A stretch of 64,000 nt of DNA, taken from assembly GCA_010405405.1 (NCBI GenBank), contig MU004231.1, forward strand, positions 4,266,884 to 4,330,883. The letters are read 5' to 3'. The stretch comes from Microthyrium microscopicum (taxonomy: Eukaryota). A program made the position numbers and the translations under genes. Below, piece after piece: positions 62,837 through 64,000 of this stretch. Below the pieces are notes generated by a model. The model had not been told where the DNA came from. It saw only the letters and a program-made list of their open reading frames with translations, and made no database searches. Within the stretch, counting starts at the first letter, position 1. Each line of letters starts with the position of its first letter.

Positions 62837-64000
62837 AGGTAGTAATCTAATTATATTTATTTCTTCCTCTTTAGTAAAATAACTTTATTATCTTTTATAA
62901 TAACTTCTTTACTTCTATATATCTATTTAGCGCCTTATAGTAGTATAGAATTGCTATAGTAGGTACTACTTATACTAATTAGAAAAAATACCCTAAAGAG
63001 TACGCTTCTTTTAATAAGAAGAATAATAAATAGCCCTAGGAAGAGACTAATAAGTTAGTTATTTAAGATGTACTATCTCTAGTATAGTAAGATTATATTC
63101 TTATACGCTTTCTAACTACATCTTATAGTATTAGAATTATTAAAAAAGCTATTTAAACTAAACCTACGATCTTAAAGAAGATAATAAAGTATAAGAAAGA
63201 GAATATTAATTGTCTTTAGGGTTCTAAATCTTATAAATATCTTAAATAGCCTATAATAGCTATAGATTATAATTTCTATATAGGTAGAGTTAATATTACG
63301 GACTAGCATTAAGCTTACTATATAGTTTACTACTAGAGTAAGTAAACTAAAAACGCTATTAGAGTTTTTATAGACTTTAAATCTTAATATTATTTCTTAA
63401 AAATAGTACCGTTAGAAAGCTCTTAAAATTTTATACTAATATATTTTTATTTTAAGTAATAAAACGTAGTTTCCTTTATAGTTTTTTAACCTTAACGCTA
63501 TTATTAGTAATATATATATTATTACTTAGTAGGTAGAGCTTAAGATATAACTTAACTATACTAATACGTAAAATTAGTATTATAGATAATATCTATTAAA
63601 CGTAAGATAATTTTAAGTAATTCTAGCCTAGAATTTATATATATAAGGTCTAATTAAAGACTATAGTATTAAATTTAGTAAGAAATATATAGCTTTTAGT
63701 TACAAAATTAAAGTTAACTAGATAAGATAATACTAAAGTTAGGTTAACGTTTATCCTAGATCTAAATTGCCTATTATTTAACTTACTATAGGATAACATA
63801 CTCGCACTTCTATTAGTAGTAGTAGTAAAAGAGGAAGATACTTCTACTACCGTTAGAAATAAGCTAATAGTTATCTAAATAGGTATATTCCTATTATTAC
63901 TTAGCATTATACAAAATGTCTAGATATAGTTCTACTTTGTTGCTTTTATTTTAGGCCGTATTACGAGCATTGTAAGTATATAATTTATTTCTAGATTAGA

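Larger units (their letters stand above)
53658..64000 (+). mobile_element. RIP-inactivated piggyBac-family DNA transposon, split by a gypsy insertion and running off the window end
   Basis: The degenerate + frame reads FFSLF*K*EDFKII, KIKIFYRIYIYLS, RKF*YIKRY, ILINKIIVKYIGR (ancestral SIDE.M..GR) and KGKLILKGFKILAL. After the insertion it reads IFYNNFFTS (DNFFTS), IAIVGTT, DYNFYIGRVNITD (YN..MGGVD..D) and a Cys-rich tail. TTAA at 53654-53657 lies at the GC/AT boundary; the exact left end is uncertain. Confidence 0.8.

Noticed and set aside
53760..64000. AT-rich block as organellar DNA, contamination or a CRISPR-like array
   Set aside because: It is explained by RIP-mutated transposon coding relics with LTRs and a TSD; there is no repeat-spacer structure.

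Overview
A gene-dense stretch of a filamentous ascomycete (Pezizomycotina) genome. Evidence is short GT-AG introns with CTRAC/CTAAY branch sites and clear RIP signatures. About 27 spliced genes occupy 0-53 kb: DUF2985 membrane protein, type II NADH dehydrogenase, C2H2 protein, the ivdA/mccB leucine-catabolism pair, a BCS1-like AAA ATPase, a GNAT, DDI1, a G1 glutamic peptidase, a cutinase-like protein, mito-ribosomal bL17, MIC12, BPL1, COA4, SYF2, NPY1, MAPEG, F-box proteins, small secreted proteins, CBR1, a GIG1-like protein and a PAQR/IZH protein. From about 53.65 kb the sequence is an AT-rich, RIP-destroyed block. It is a piggyBac-type transposon interrupted by a complete 7.65-kb Ty3/gypsy chromovirus with 227-bp LTRs, an AGGTA target-site duplication, a self-priming site and a -1 frameshift signal. 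The most unusual observation is a C2H2 zinc-finger protein with three exactly 54-aa-spaced Nup98-like GLEBS (Rae1/Gle2-binding) motifs. Also notable are fold-back sequences in most long introns, a cutinase with a ~70-aa insertion and a displaced catalytic His, a GNAT with eroded catalytic motifs, and a DDI1 start codon split by an intron. All calls come from reading the sequence and recalling motifs; no searches were run.
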